IMG/VR virus record: IMGVR_UViG_3300012346_000100
Location: 1-30,723 of that record
Origin: a virus
Taxonomy: Duplodnaviria; Caudoviricetes
Direction: 5' to 3' (one strand)
Length of the DNA stretch: 30,723 nt
Shown: positions 1 through 8,167 of the stretch, piece by piece
How the letters are laid out: each line of letters opens with the position of its first letter
Position numbering within the stretch: position 1 is the first letter of the stretch
The notes under the pieces: model-generated
The model's database searches: none
What the model was told of the DNA's origin: nothing
Seen by the model: only the letters and a program-made list of their open reading frames with translations
Translations under genes and position numbers: made by a program

Positions 1-212
1 CAATAGATGATTCAATCATTAAAATATATAATCCTGAACAAGAAATAAATGTTTTAAACTCACTTGTTAAAATGAGGAAATTTAGATTTAAAGGATGTAG
101 TCAAAGTTATTCAGAAACAAAGATACCATCAACTGATTTAGGAGGTTTTCCTTATTGGTTAATAATTAATATTGAGGGAACTCTTCAAATAGAAACTAAA
201 AATCCAAACTAA
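1..212 (+). CDS. 3' part of a hypothetical protein; allele of 29875..30237
   Basis: Open frame ending TAA at 210-212; ~93% identical to 30026-30237. Confidence 0.8.
   Translation, partial: IDDSIIKIYNPEQEINVLNSLVKMRKFRFKGCSQSYSETKIPSTDLGGFPYWLIINIEGTLQIETKNPN
1..212 (+). repeat. Diverged terminal repeat, copy 1 (copy 2 at 30026-30237)
   Basis: First 55 nt identical, then 14 substitutions counted by eye over the remaining 157 nt. Confidence 0.95.
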
Positions 213-216
213 GAAA

Positions 217-723
217 ATGAAAAATTTATTTAAAAGTTTAGCAGAATTTCAACAAGAAGTTCCAGTAATTCACAAAGCAACTCAAGGTTATGGCTATACC
301 TTTGCAGATTTGCCTAAAATCTTTAGCGTAATTAACCCACTATTAAAAAAGCACGGATTGGGATTCACTCAATTAATAGAAAACGAGAATTTAACTACTA
401 TTTTGTTTCACGTAGAATCTGGAGAAACAATAGAATCTAAAATGGCATTGCTTAAAGATGTCGCACTCAAAGGAATGAATGAGTTTCAGGTGTACGGAAG
501 TCAACTTACATACTTTAGACGTTACGCTTTGAGTTCTATTTTAGGTATTGTAACAGACAAAGACACAGACGCTGGTGGCGAACAAGTAAAGAAAGTTAAA
601 ACAATTACAGATGAGCGATTTAACAAAGCAATTGAAGCAATAGGCAAAGGACTTGCTAAAAAAGAAGATTTATTGCAATTTGAATTAACAGAATCACAAA
701 AATTAACATTCGCAACGCTATGA
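217..723 (+). CDS. ERF-family single-strand annealing protein (recombinase)
   Basis: GYGYTFADL, LKKHGL, GSQLTYFRRYALSSILGI..D.D motifs typical of ERF. Confidence 0.85.
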   Translation: MKNLFKSLAEFQQEVPVIHKATQGYGYTFADLPKIFSVINPLLKKHGLGFTQLIENENLTTILFHVESGETIESKMALLKDVALKGMNEFQVYGSQLTYFRRYALSSILGIVTDKDTDAGGEQVKKVKTITDERFNKAIEAIGKGLAKKEDLLQFELTESQKLTFATL

Positions 724-1103
724 AATCAGATTTAAGTAAAGTAAAAAAAGGCGATAGAATTTGGACTATTGAAAAAGGTTGGGAAGAGGTTACTGATATT
801 GATTTAGGTGATAAATATCCAATTGAAACAGAAAATTTGTGTTATACATATGATGGTAAATTTAACGTAGGCGACAAACACCCATCAGCATTTTTAGAAT
901 ATCCATTTAAAGAACAAGAAATCGAAAAAGATACGCTTGTTTGGTATAGGGATGATAAATATTCATCTTGGAGAACTGGTTACTATTCGCATTTTGAAGA
1001 TGGAAAGCATCGGTGTTTTAATGCTTCAATGAAATCGTCTGAAACAGTCGCGACTGACATATCAAAATGGAATATAGTAACAACAGAAAATCCTTTATTA
1101 TGA
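720..1103 (+). CDS. Hypothetical protein
   Basis: 127-aa ORF coupled by ATGA overlaps on both sides. Confidence 0.75.
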   Translation: MKSDLSKVKKGDRIWTIEKGWEEVTDIDLGDKYPIETENLCYTYDGKFNVGDKHPSAFLEYPFKEQEIEKDTLVWYRDDKYSSWRTGYYSHFEDGKHRCFNASMKSSETVATDISKWNIVTTENPLL

Positions 1104-1783
1104 GTTTACTATTCAGATGTTCTCAGTTAGGAAATTTAATGACAGAATCTCGTACAAAAAGCGAGGTTTTGTCTGCTACTGCAAAAACGCTTATCGAAGA
1201 TATGTTTCGTGAGAAAGAATTAGGTATCTACAAAGAATTTAGTTCACGATATACAGACAAAGGAAACCAAAACGAAGATATAGCTATTGAGTTGGCAAGT
1301 GAAGTATTGGATTGGAATTGGATTCTAAAGAACGAAGAAAAGTTTAAAAATGATTATGTTGTAGGAACACCTGATTTAGTAAATGATACTTTATTAGCTG
1401 ACATTAAATGTAGTTGGTCTGCGAGTACTTTTCCGATGTTTGACGATGTGCTTAAAAATAAAAATTACTACTGGCAACTTGTCGGATATATGTGGCTTAC
1501 AGGACATAAACAAGCAGAGTTAGTATATTGTTTAACAGATACACCGTTTCAAATTGTAGAAAGCGAAGTAAGAAAAGAACACTGGAAGTTATGCTTAATT
1601 GATGAAGACCCACTTGTGCGTGAAGCAGTAGAAAGCCTACATAGTTTTGAGCATATACCTAAAAATTTACGTGTCAAACGATTTATAGTTAAATACAATG
1701 AAGCGGACATTGAAAAATTAAAACAAAGAATCGAAGCAGCACGTGAATACTATCAAGAATTATTATTAATTTTAAACAAATAA
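1100..1783 (+). CDS. YqaJ/lambda-Exo-like PD-(D/E)xK exonuclease
   Basis: FRCSQLG, GTPD..LADIKCSW, YYWQLVGYMWLTG; start reassigned to ATG 1100 (overlaps upstream stop). Confidence 0.85.
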   Translation: MSLLFRCSQLGNLMTESRTKSEVLSATAKTLIEDMFREKELGIYKEFSSRYTDKGNQNEDIAIELASEVLDWNWILKNEEKFKNDYVVGTPDLVNDTLLADIKCSWSASTFPMFDDVLKNKNYYWQLVGYMWLTGHKQAELVYCLTDTPFQIVESEVRKEHWKLCLIDEDPLVREAVESLHSFEHIPKNLRVKRFIVKYNEADIEKLKQRIEAAREYYQELLLILNK

Positions 1784-1785
1784 TT

Positions 1786-2091
1786 ATGAAAAATAACAAT
1801 AAAGATATAGCGATAAATTTTTTATCTAATCAAGAATGGAATACAATAATTGAAATACTTGAATATTATAATAAAAATGAAATATCAAATATTTTAATTT
1901 CTAATTTAATTGATAAAATAAATGATAATAAAATTGTAATAAATAGAAAATATGGTTATGAAGGAGAAGTTAAATTTGTAATGATAAGAATGAATAAAGA
2001 TAAAAACGAACTTCTTGTTAATTTTGCAAAAAAAAATAAAGTAACCGTTACTAAATTAATAAATCAATTAGTTGAACAAATAATAAATTAA
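1786..2091 (+). CDS. Hypothetical protein with possible C-terminal ribbon-helix-helix
   Basis: KFVMIRMNKDKNELLVNFAKKNKVTVTKLINQLVE resembles RHH pattern; very AT-rich. Confidence 0.5.
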   Translation: MKNNNKDIAINFLSNQEWNTIIEILEYYNKNEISNILISNLIDKINDNKIVINRKYGYEGEVKFVMIRMNKDKNELLVNFAKKNKVTVTKLINQLVEQIIN

Positions 2092-2094
2092 ATT

Positions 2095-2346
2095 ATGGAA
2101 TTTATAAAAGATTTAAAAAAAATTAACTTAATAGAAGAAAGTGAAGAATTTTCTAAAGATTTATTTATAGCTGGTACATTAGAAGATTTAATTAATGATA
2201 AAAAAAATAAATGTGTTTTTGTAGCAACGATGGAAAATAAAACAATTAAAATAAGTTCTGATACTGAATATGATTATAAACAAATGACAAAATTTTTTGA
2301 ATCGTATTGGCCAAATGGATGTAAATCAATTAAATTTTATAAATAA
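2095..2346 (+). CDS. Hypothetical protein
   Basis: 83-aa AT-rich ORF in operon. Confidence 0.65.
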   Translation: MEFIKDLKKINLIEESEEFSKDLFIAGTLEDLINDKKNKCVFVATMENKTIKISSDTEYDYKQMTKFFESYWPNGCKSIKFYK

Positions 2347-2358
2347 AAACAAAGTAAA

Positions 2359-2664
2359 ATGAGTACACTAATCAACGCATCAATTGATGTAACAAAAATC
2401 GACAAAAGCAAGTTATACAACGGAAAGTATCTTAACTTGACAATTTCAATCAATGATTCAACCGACCAATACGGAAACAACGTAGGGTTAACAGAATCGC
2501 AAACAAAAGAAGAACGTGATTTAAAGACTTCTAAGCGTTATTTAGGCAATGGTAAAGTAGTTTATACCAATGGAGAGGTAAAAGTAGCTGAAAAGCAAGA
2601 AAAACCACTTCAAACGGCATCGCAGAAGTTCGCACAACAAGAGCAAGACGATTTACCATTTTAG
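2359..2664 (+). CDS. Single-stranded DNA-binding protein-like
   Basis: Beta-rich core, acidic DDLPF C-terminal tip, next to SSAP and exonuclease. Confidence 0.7.
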   Translation: MSTLINASIDVTKIDKSKLYNGKYLNLTISINDSTDQYGNNVGLTESQTKEERDLKTSKRYLGNGKVVYTNGEVKVAEKQEKPLQTASQKFAQQEQDDLPF

Positions 2665-2722
2665 TATTATCCTTTTCGGTGGGTGGTTAAACCGATATTT
2701 TTAAACTAAAAATTAAAAGATT

Positions 2723-2890
2723 ATGAGATACGTTTTATTATTTATTATTTATTTGATAGTACTTTCAATAATTTATAAAAAATTAACTCCTAAAGAAGAT
2801 ATTTATATTATTTTAATGGAGATAGTGTCTATTCATTTATTTATTGCATTTATAGTATTAATAATATTTTTATTTTATTATTTTTGGTAA
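2723..2890 (+). CDS. Small two-TM membrane protein (55 aa, not in ORF track)
   Basis: MRYVLLFIIYLIVLSII...FIAFIVLIIFLFYYFW*; TAATG overlap with next gene. Confidence 0.6.
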   Translation: MRYVLLFIIYLIVLSIIYKKLTPKEDIYIILMEIVSIHLFIAFIVLIIFLFYYFW

Positions 2891-3072
2891 TGGAGCAGTA
2901 CGTAATTTTATATTGGCTATCAAACGGCAAACCTGATAGAATGATAGTAAGTGCAGAAAGCAAAGCAGAAGCATTGAAAGAAGCGGATAAGCATCCGAGC
3001 ATTATTTACTATTGTGATACGATGGACAACTGGATTCAGTTCTGCGAAGATAGACGAGGAAATTATAAATAA
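2890..3072 (+). CDS. Hypothetical protein
   Basis: MEQYVILYWL...; ATG overlaps upstream TAA. Confidence 0.7.
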   Translation: MEQYVILYWLSNGKPDRMIVSAESKAEALKEADKHPSIIYYCDTMDNWIQFCEDRRGNYK

Positions 3073-3088
3073 TTAAACAACAATAACA

Positions 3089-3322
3089 ATGGAAAACGGA
3101 AAACAACCAATTACACCAATTAACTATGACGCAGCTTATAGTTCTAAAAGGTTAACCAAGCGTGAATACTTTGCAGGATTAGCTATGCAAGGGATTTTAG
3201 CATCTAATACAGAAGGTTTAGCACACGGCAGAATAGATATACCTGGCTTAATACAATGTGCTGTTATAGCAACAGACGCACTACTTGCTGAATTAGGAAA
3301 ATCTAAACAACAAGAACAATGA
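3089..3322 (+). CDS. Conserved phage hypothetical protein (LTKREYFAGLAMQG type)
   Basis: Motif recalled from many phage small proteins; ends KQQEQ. Confidence 0.75.
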   Translation: MENGKQPITPINYDAAYSSKRLTKREYFAGLAMQGILASNTEGLAHGRIDIPGLIQCAVIATDALLAELGKSKQQEQ

Positions 3323-3403
3323 AAAAACTATGGAAGCAAACTACATAATTGGGGATTGGCTTCTAAAATATCAGAAAATGAATTAACCTTTAAACAACAA
3401 TAA
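3319..3403 (+). pseudogene. Frameshifted mini-cassette remnant
   Basis: ATG frame stops after 9 codons, while the +1 frame runs to ...ELTFKQQ* at the next junction repeat. Confidence 0.45.
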
Positions 3404-3404
3404 A

Positions 3405-3545
3405 ATGAAAGAAGATTTAGTAGCATTAACAATAGTAGCAGTAATGTTTTTTGGGCTATACATTGGAGCAGTAATTAATCAATTATTAGGCGGAGCTATT
3501 TTTTTAGTGTCAATAGTATTAGCCCTTAAACAACAAGAACAATGA
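3405..3545 (+). CDS. Small membrane protein (46 aa, not in track)
   Basis: MKEDLVALTIVAVMFFGLYIGAVINQLLGGAIFLVSIVLALKQQEQ*. Confidence 0.7.
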   Translation: MKEDLVALTIVAVMFFGLYIGAVINQLLGGAIFLVSIVLALKQQEQ

Positions 3546-3721
3546 ACACTAAAAAAACAATTTTAATAGTATTTTTGGCTACTATTTTATCACTTATTAT
3601 ACCTATTATAGGTAAATGGTACGAACAAAAAACAGGTATTTCAGCACTTCCATTTTATATAATTTGTGTATCTATTACTACTTTTATGCTTTTTAAAATT
3701 TTTTTTGAAGATGAATACTAA
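3542..3721 (+). CDS. Small two-TM membrane protein (59 aa, not in track)
   Basis: MNTKKTILIVFLATILSLIIPIIG...FYIICVSITTFMLFKIFFEDEY*. Confidence 0.7.
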   Translation: MNTKKTILIVFLATILSLIIPIIGKWYEQKTGISALPFYIICVSITTFMLFKIFFEDEY

Positions 3722-3983
3722 ACAACGAAAAGACTTAGATTTAACTTTAGCGTTAACTTTACAGATGCAGTCAATACTTCACACCTTAGACGAACTATCT
3801 CACGAAGTAATCTACAAACGTGAGTTTAAACAACGATGTGAGAACTTTTACACGTGGGTTGAAAAGATAGTTGAAAATGTAAGCGAACAACTACCAGAAG
3901 ATACCGCTCAAAGATGGGTTGACATTGTTAATGAAATTGATAAAATTGTTCAAAAGATTCAATTGTTTGAAGATGAAAAGTAG
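3711..3983 (+). CDS. Hypothetical helical protein
   Basis: Start reassigned to ATG 3711 (MNTKQRKD). Confidence 0.7.
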   Translation: MNTKQRKDLDLTLALTLQMQSILHTLDELSHEVIYKREFKQRCENFYTWVEKIVENVSEQLPEDTAQRWVDIVNEIDKIVQKIQLFEDEK

Positions 3984-3994
3984 ATAGTATATTG

Positions 3995-4002
3995 TATATT
4001 TG
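3995..4002 (+). promoter_or_regulatory. Bacteroidota housekeeping-sigma -7 box
   Basis: TATATTTG matches TAnnTTTG; intergenic, upstream of replication operon. Confidence 0.75.
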
Positions 4003-4085
4003 CATTGTTCGTGCCGGAACGTGAAAAAATTTAGTTTAGCTCTTATCCGATAGGTCGGCACAACCTTGACGATAGGGGCTTTTTT
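4003..4085 (+). ncRNA. Structured cis-leader: two hairpins with complementary loops; second is terminator-like
   Basis: Loops GTGCCG (4011-4016) and CGGCAC (4056-4061); stem 4038-4047/4071-4080 followed by T-run. Confidence 0.6.
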
Positions 4086-4104
4086 AATGCTTAAAAATAA
4101 AAAT

Positions 4105-4293
4105 ATGAAAGCAAAATTTTACTATGTACCAGATTTATTGCTGGTAATCAATTTAGAACAATTAAGTTCTTTTCAAAGAGCAAGACCAATTAACAACGAT
4201 TCAGTTCCTTACAAGTGTTGTTTAGTAGTTGGTAAAAGCATTTTTTGGTGCGATGAAACAAATTATTATAATCTTATTTGTTTAGTGTTATGA
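4105..4293 (+). CDS. Hypothetical protein
   Basis: Start reassigned to ATG 4105 after A-rich leader; ATGA overlap with initiator. Confidence 0.6.
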   Translation: MKAKFYYVPDLLLVINLEQLSSFQRARPINNDSVPYKCCLVVGKSIFWCDETNYYNLICLVL

Positions 4294-5018
4294 GCGGTTG
4301 GATAAAATTACACAGACAAATTAGAAGCCATTGGGTATATAAAAATGCAAATTATTTTAAGGCTTGGGTTGCTATCATATCAGAGGTAAATCATAAATCT
4401 ACAAAGGTTATTATTGAAGGAGAATTAATAGAGTGTAAACGAGGTCAAAGTATAAATAGTTTAGCTACTTGGGTTAGGATTTTAGGAGATGAATGGACTA
4501 TTCAAAAACTTAGAACATTTTTAAAATTACTTGAAAAAGATAAAATGATTAACACGGAAGGGCTACGAAAAACAACACGACTAACTGTCTGTAATTACGA
4601 GAGTTATCAAAGTGAGCAACAAGGAGACAACAAGCAAACAACAAAGAGACAACAAGGAGATAACAAGGAGATAACAACAAACAAGAATGATAATAAAGAA
4701 AAGAATGAAAAAGAAGTGTTATTAGATGAATGGATTTCATATAGAAAACAGATTAAAAAACCTTTGACTTCTGCATCTATTGAAAAATTAAAAAACGAAA
4801 TGTCTTTGTATTCTGATGAAAAGTGTAAGTTTGTAATAAATACTTCTATAAGCAACGGATGGCAAGGTTTGTTTTGGGATAAATACACAGAACAACCTAA
4901 ACAACAAAAAAAAGAATTTGTGTTTAGAAATGGCGAAGGAATGACTCAAGAAGAATTGAATCAGTACGCAAAAGATTTAGTAGCATATAGACTCACTCAA
5001 ATAGCAGAAAATGAATAA
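4290..5018 (+). CDS. Phage replication initiator (lambda O / DnaD-like)
   Basis: MSGWIKLHRQI N-terminus, RGQ and wHTH-like region, low-complexity linker, C-terminal W..YRK..K.PLT...SI.NGWQGLF; upstream of helicase. Confidence 0.75.
   Translation: MSGWIKLHRQIRSHWVYKNANYFKAWVAIISEVNHKSTKVIIEGELIECKRGQSINSLATWVRILGDEWTIQKLRTFLKLLEKDKMINTEGLRKTTRLTVCNYESYQSEQQGDNKQTTKRQQGDNKEITTNKNDNKEKNEKEVLLDEWISYRKQIKKPLTSASIEKLKNEMSLYSDEKCKFVINTSISNGWQGLFWDKYTEQPKQQKKEFVFRNGEGMTQEELNQYAKDLVAYRLTQIAENE
4619..4673 (+). repeat. Five tandem 11-bp iteron-like repeats (putative origin)
   Basis: ACAAGGAGACA/ACAAGCAAACA/ACAAAGAGACA/ACAAGGAGATA/ACAAGGAGATA. Confidence 0.7.
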
Positions 5019-5961
5019 CGTATTCGAATACCAAGAGATAGAAAACTCTATATTTGAGCATTACAAAAGCGGTGGCGGAAAGACTTTTTATTTAGGATTT
5101 CCAAACTTGGCAAAGCATTACTCAATAATGGAAGGGAGTAGAACAGATTGGACTGGTTATCCTGGAAGTGGTAAGACAGAACTACTACTTGAATGTTTAG
5201 TTAACACTTCTGAATGGTACGGACATAAACACTTAATACATATGCCAGATGCTGGAAGCACATCCGAAGTAATCGCTAAGATAATGCACAAAATGAGTGG
5301 TAAGCAGTTTAAAGAGTTCTATTACAATGCACAAGGCGAAAAGGTTAAGATTGAAAATAGACTTACTGAGTTAGAAATAACACGCTTACTACCTAAAGTT
5401 TTAGATAAGTTTATAATTTACAAGCCACAAGGCAAAGCAAGTAAAGCAATAACACCAAAAGAACTTTGGCAATTCGGAGCAGATAACAAAAAAGAGTTAA
5501 ATTTGTTCTCAGTAGTTATTGATAGTTGGAACTATATGCGACACGAAGTAACAAGCGGAATGAGGTACGACCAATATTTAGAAGATGTGTTGAGTTTTGG
5601 TAATGATTTATGCGAAGCAAGTAAATTGCATTTTCATACTATTATACATCCTAAAAGCCCAGTTAAGATTAATGGAAAAGCACAAATTCCAGATATGCAC
5701 GAATTAAAAGGCGGTTCGGAATGGGGGAATAATGGTAAAAGCATTATAATTGTACACCGAGATTTTGATTCAGTAGTAACAGAGATAAAAGTTAACAAAG
5801 CAAAGCCAGAAGTTATTGGAGTTCGTGGAGTAACGAGTTTGATGTATAACGTAAAGACTGGAAAATTCAACGAAGATGGCAACATAGCAAAACCATTGAA
5901 AGAAACGCACACGCAGATAGCAATAGCACCGAATAATTCATTTGATAGTTTACCATTTTAA
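5011..5961 (+). CDS. SF4 (DnaB/T7 gp4-like) replicative helicase
   Basis: Walker A GYPGSGKT, Walker B VVIDSW, IIHP, ELKGGSEW. Confidence 0.8.
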   Translation: MNNVFEYQEIENSIFEHYKSGGGKTFYLGFPNLAKHYSIMEGSRTDWTGYPGSGKTELLLECLVNTSEWYGHKHLIHMPDAGSTSEVIAKIMHKMSGKQFKEFYYNAQGEKVKIENRLTELEITRLLPKVLDKFIIYKPQGKASKAITPKELWQFGADNKKELNLFSVVIDSWNYMRHEVTSGMRYDQYLEDVLSFGNDLCEASKLHFHTIIHPKSPVKINGKAQIPDMHELKGGSEWGNNGKSIIIVHRDFDSVVTEIKVNKAKPEVIGVRGVTSLMYNVKTGKFNEDGNIAKPLKETHTQIAIAPNNSFDSLPF

Positions 5962-5971
5962 ATAATAAGAT

Positions 5972-6586
5972 ATGAAAGTAACAGATAAAATAACAATAAC
6001 TCAAGAGGACAATATGCTATTAATGGCTCGTTATCCTGATAACTATTTTGACTTGGCTATTGTAGACCCGCCTTATGGGATAGGTATAAGTTCAAATCCA
6101 GTTAGGCAACAACATAAAAAAAAGAATTGGGATGATGAAATACCTTTAGAGAAATATTTTAATGAATTAAAAAGAGTTTCTAAAAACCAAATTATATGGG
6201 GTGGAAATTATTTTATTGATTATTTAAATAATTCTCAAGGATTTATAATTTGGGACAAAAAACAACCTGAAAACTTTAGTTTAGCAATGGCAGAATTTGC
6301 TTATAGTTCAATTCAAAGTCCTGCAAAAATATTTAGATATTCAGTTTTAACAGAAAAAAATAAAATACACCCAACTCAAAAACCTGTAGCACTTTATAAA
6401 TGGATTTTAGACAAATACGCAAAAGAAAATGACAAAATACTTGACACACATTTAGGAAGTGGAAGTATTGCAATAGCTTGTTATGATTATGGATTTGAAC
6501 TTACTGCTTGTGAGTTAGATAAAGAGTATTACGATAAAGCAATACAAAGAATTAAAAACCATACTAACCAACAAAAATTATTTTGA
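5972..6586 (+). CDS. DNA N6-adenine/N4-cytosine methyltransferase (beta class)
   Basis: DPPY, HPTQKP, ILDTHLGSGS. Confidence 0.92.
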   Translation: MKVTDKITITQEDNMLLMARYPDNYFDLAIVDPPYGIGISSNPVRQQHKKKNWDDEIPLEKYFNELKRVSKNQIIWGGNYFIDYLNNSQGFIIWDKKQPENFSLAMAEFAYSSIQSPAKIFRYSVLTEKNKIHPTQKPVALYKWILDKYAKENDKILDTHLGSGSIAIACYDYGFELTACELDKEYYDKAIQRIKNHTNQQKLF

Positions 6587-6876
6587 AACAGATAGCAATA
6601 ATAGAAGCATCCATAACATTTGAATCGTTAACGCAGTCTTTACATATTTCAATAGACGACATCAAAAAAAAGAATGCACATCGTACAGATTTAATTGAGT
6701 CAATGCAAAAGCACTTTGATTTTCTGCAAGACGCACGAACTACTTTTAACATTTTAGTCGATGAAAATAAACAATACCAAACATTACTATATTCAGAACA
6801 TAAAAAAGTAATGGAGTTGACAAGAGAATTAGAGCAGTTGAAAAAGATAAATAATAATTTAACAAATGGAATATGA
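6583..6876 (+). CDS. Hypothetical coiled-coil protein
   Basis: TTG start overlapping upstream stop. Confidence 0.65.
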   Translation: MKQIAIIEASITFESLTQSLHISIDDIKKKNAHRTDLIESMQKHFDFLQDARTTFNILVDENKQYQTLLYSEHKKVMELTRELEQLKKINNNLTNGI

Positions 6877-7100
6877 AAAATAAAGTAATAGATTTAACAT
6901 CTAAATTGAATATAGAATATGATATAACATTAAAAGCTACATTTTATTTAGATACAAGATGGTTATATGATGGTTGTATGGTTTTTTATAAAGATGATTT
7001 TTATAAAGTTGTTGATTGGTCATATTCTTTAATAGGGAATGAAGTAATGGCAAATGTTGAATTGACATTAGATAAAATATCAGTAATTGAAATACAATGA
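6873..7100 (+). CDS. Hypothetical protein
   Basis: 75-aa AT-rich ORF with ATGA overlaps. Confidence 0.65.
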   Translation: MKNKVIDLTSKLNIEYDITLKATFYLDTRWLYDGCMVFYKDDFYKVVDWSYSLIGNEVMANVELTLDKISVIEIQ

Positions 7101-7633
7101 AAACTAACTACGATAAAAAATGCAAGGAATGTGAAACGATATTCACACCTTACCGAACATTTGACAAGCTATGTTATGTTTGCACCAAGACAAAACAAGC
7201 GTTAAAAAATCTTGAAGCAATAAAAAAGACTACAAAGAAAAAACAACGTGAGGACTTGATGACATTACAAGACTGGTTTAAGATTGCTCAACAACACTTC
7301 AACAGATATATTAATCTAAGAGATAAAGGCAATGTATGTATATCGTGTCAAAAAAGAATAAACGGAGTAACACACGCATCGCATTACTATTCTGCTGGTA
7401 CGCATACAAACGTTAGATTTGACGAAAACAACGTTCATTCAAGTTGCTACAAGTGTAATGTACAATTATCTGGAAATCTAATCGAATACGGAATACACTT
7501 AGAAAACAAGATAGGAGCGGATGAATTTACTATGCTACGAGAACGTGCTTACATTACAAGAAAGTACACAAAAGATGAGTTAAAAGAACTTGCAGAGTAT
7601 TATAAAAGAAAATGTAAAGAATTTATACCATAA
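7097..7633 (+). CDS. NinG/Rap-like recombination endonuclease (HNH-type)
   Basis: AQQHFNRYINLRD..CISC, HASHY, RFDENNVHSSCYKCN..LSGN. Confidence 0.85.
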   Translation: MKTNYDKKCKECETIFTPYRTFDKLCYVCTKTKQALKNLEAIKKTTKKKQREDLMTLQDWFKIAQQHFNRYINLRDKGNVCISCQKRINGVTHASHYYSAGTHTNVRFDENNVHSSCYKCNVQLSGNLIEYGIHLENKIGADEFTMLRERAYITRKYTKDELKELAEYYKRKCKEFIP

Positions 7634-7720
7634 TTGATATAACTTATTAACAAATTAGCGTGATTGCATTGAATTGGGTATAACTTTTGAACAATTTATC
7701 ACGTCTTTAATACAATATTT

Positions 7721-7728
7721 TATATTTG
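7721..7728 (+). promoter_or_regulatory. Bacteroidota -7 box
   Basis: TATATTTG just upstream of ATG 7734; would drive the operon containing the sigma-like gene. Confidence 0.65.
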
Positions 7729-7733
7729 CAAAT

Positions 7734-7982
7734 ATGGAAGTACTATTTTTAATTTCTTTTGCGTGGTGGTTTGCTAATTTTGAGCCATTACAACGTCAAT
7801 TTGATAGGTTATTTTTACAGATTGAGGTCAATAAATACACCGATGCGATTTATTCCGCAGTTAGTTGTATGAAGTGCTTATCTTTTTGGTTCGCACTTTT
7901 TTATTTTCAAGACTTTTTTATGGCTTGCTTTGTTTCATTAATCGGATACACTATACAACTATGTTTGCAGAAACTGAAATAG
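7734..7982 (+). CDS. Small membrane protein with CxxC (CMKCLSFW)
   Basis: Hydrophobic segments; start reassigned to ATG 7734. Confidence 0.65.
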   Translation: MEVLFLISFAWWFANFEPLQRQFDRLFLQIEVNKYTDAIYSAVSCMKCLSFWFALFYFQDFFMACFVSLIGYTIQLCLQKLK

Positions 7983-8167
7983 AACTAATAGAAAAGCTAA
8001 GAGATGCTGACCCAATTATAAAGTCAGCAAAAACAAGTTGCATAAAACTATCCGCTATTCGTATTCGAGTAACTGGAGAGAAAGAGAAAGAATGCTTTTG
8101 CAGTCAAGTAAGACGCAGAATTTGGATAAAAGACTTTTACAATTGGTATGATAGCATTACTAAATAA
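7961..8167 (+). CDS. Hypothetical protein with CFC motif
   Basis: Start reassigned to ATG 7961 (MFAETEIEL). Confidence 0.6.
   Translation: MFAETEIELIEKLRDADPIIKSAKTSCIKLSAIRIRVTGEKEKECFCSQVRRRIWIKDFYNWYDSITK

Larger units (their letters stand above)
3074..3544 (+). repeat. Junction repeat cluster 1 (TAAACAACAAGAACAATG family): 3074, 3304, 3391, 3527
   Basis: Exact copies at 3304-3321 and 3527-3544; variants at 3074-3091 and 3391-3407; each ends in a start codon. Confidence 0.9.

Noticed and set aside
1-212. Diversity-generating retroelement TR/VR pair with 30026-30237
   Set aside because: Differences are not adenine-specific, are mostly synonymous, and no reverse transcriptase is present
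1100-1783. Cas4 call for the exonuclease
   Set aside because: No Cas4 Fe-S cysteine pattern is evident, and the context beside an SSAP fits a lambda-Exo/YqaJ-type enzyme
2676-2702. Possible terminator after SSB (TCGGT/ACCGA)
   Set aside because: Only a 5-bp stem with a 10-nt loop and interrupted T-tract; too weak to call
5972-6586. Restriction-modification system
   Set aside because: No cognate restriction endonuclease is recognisable; orphan methyltransferases are common in phages
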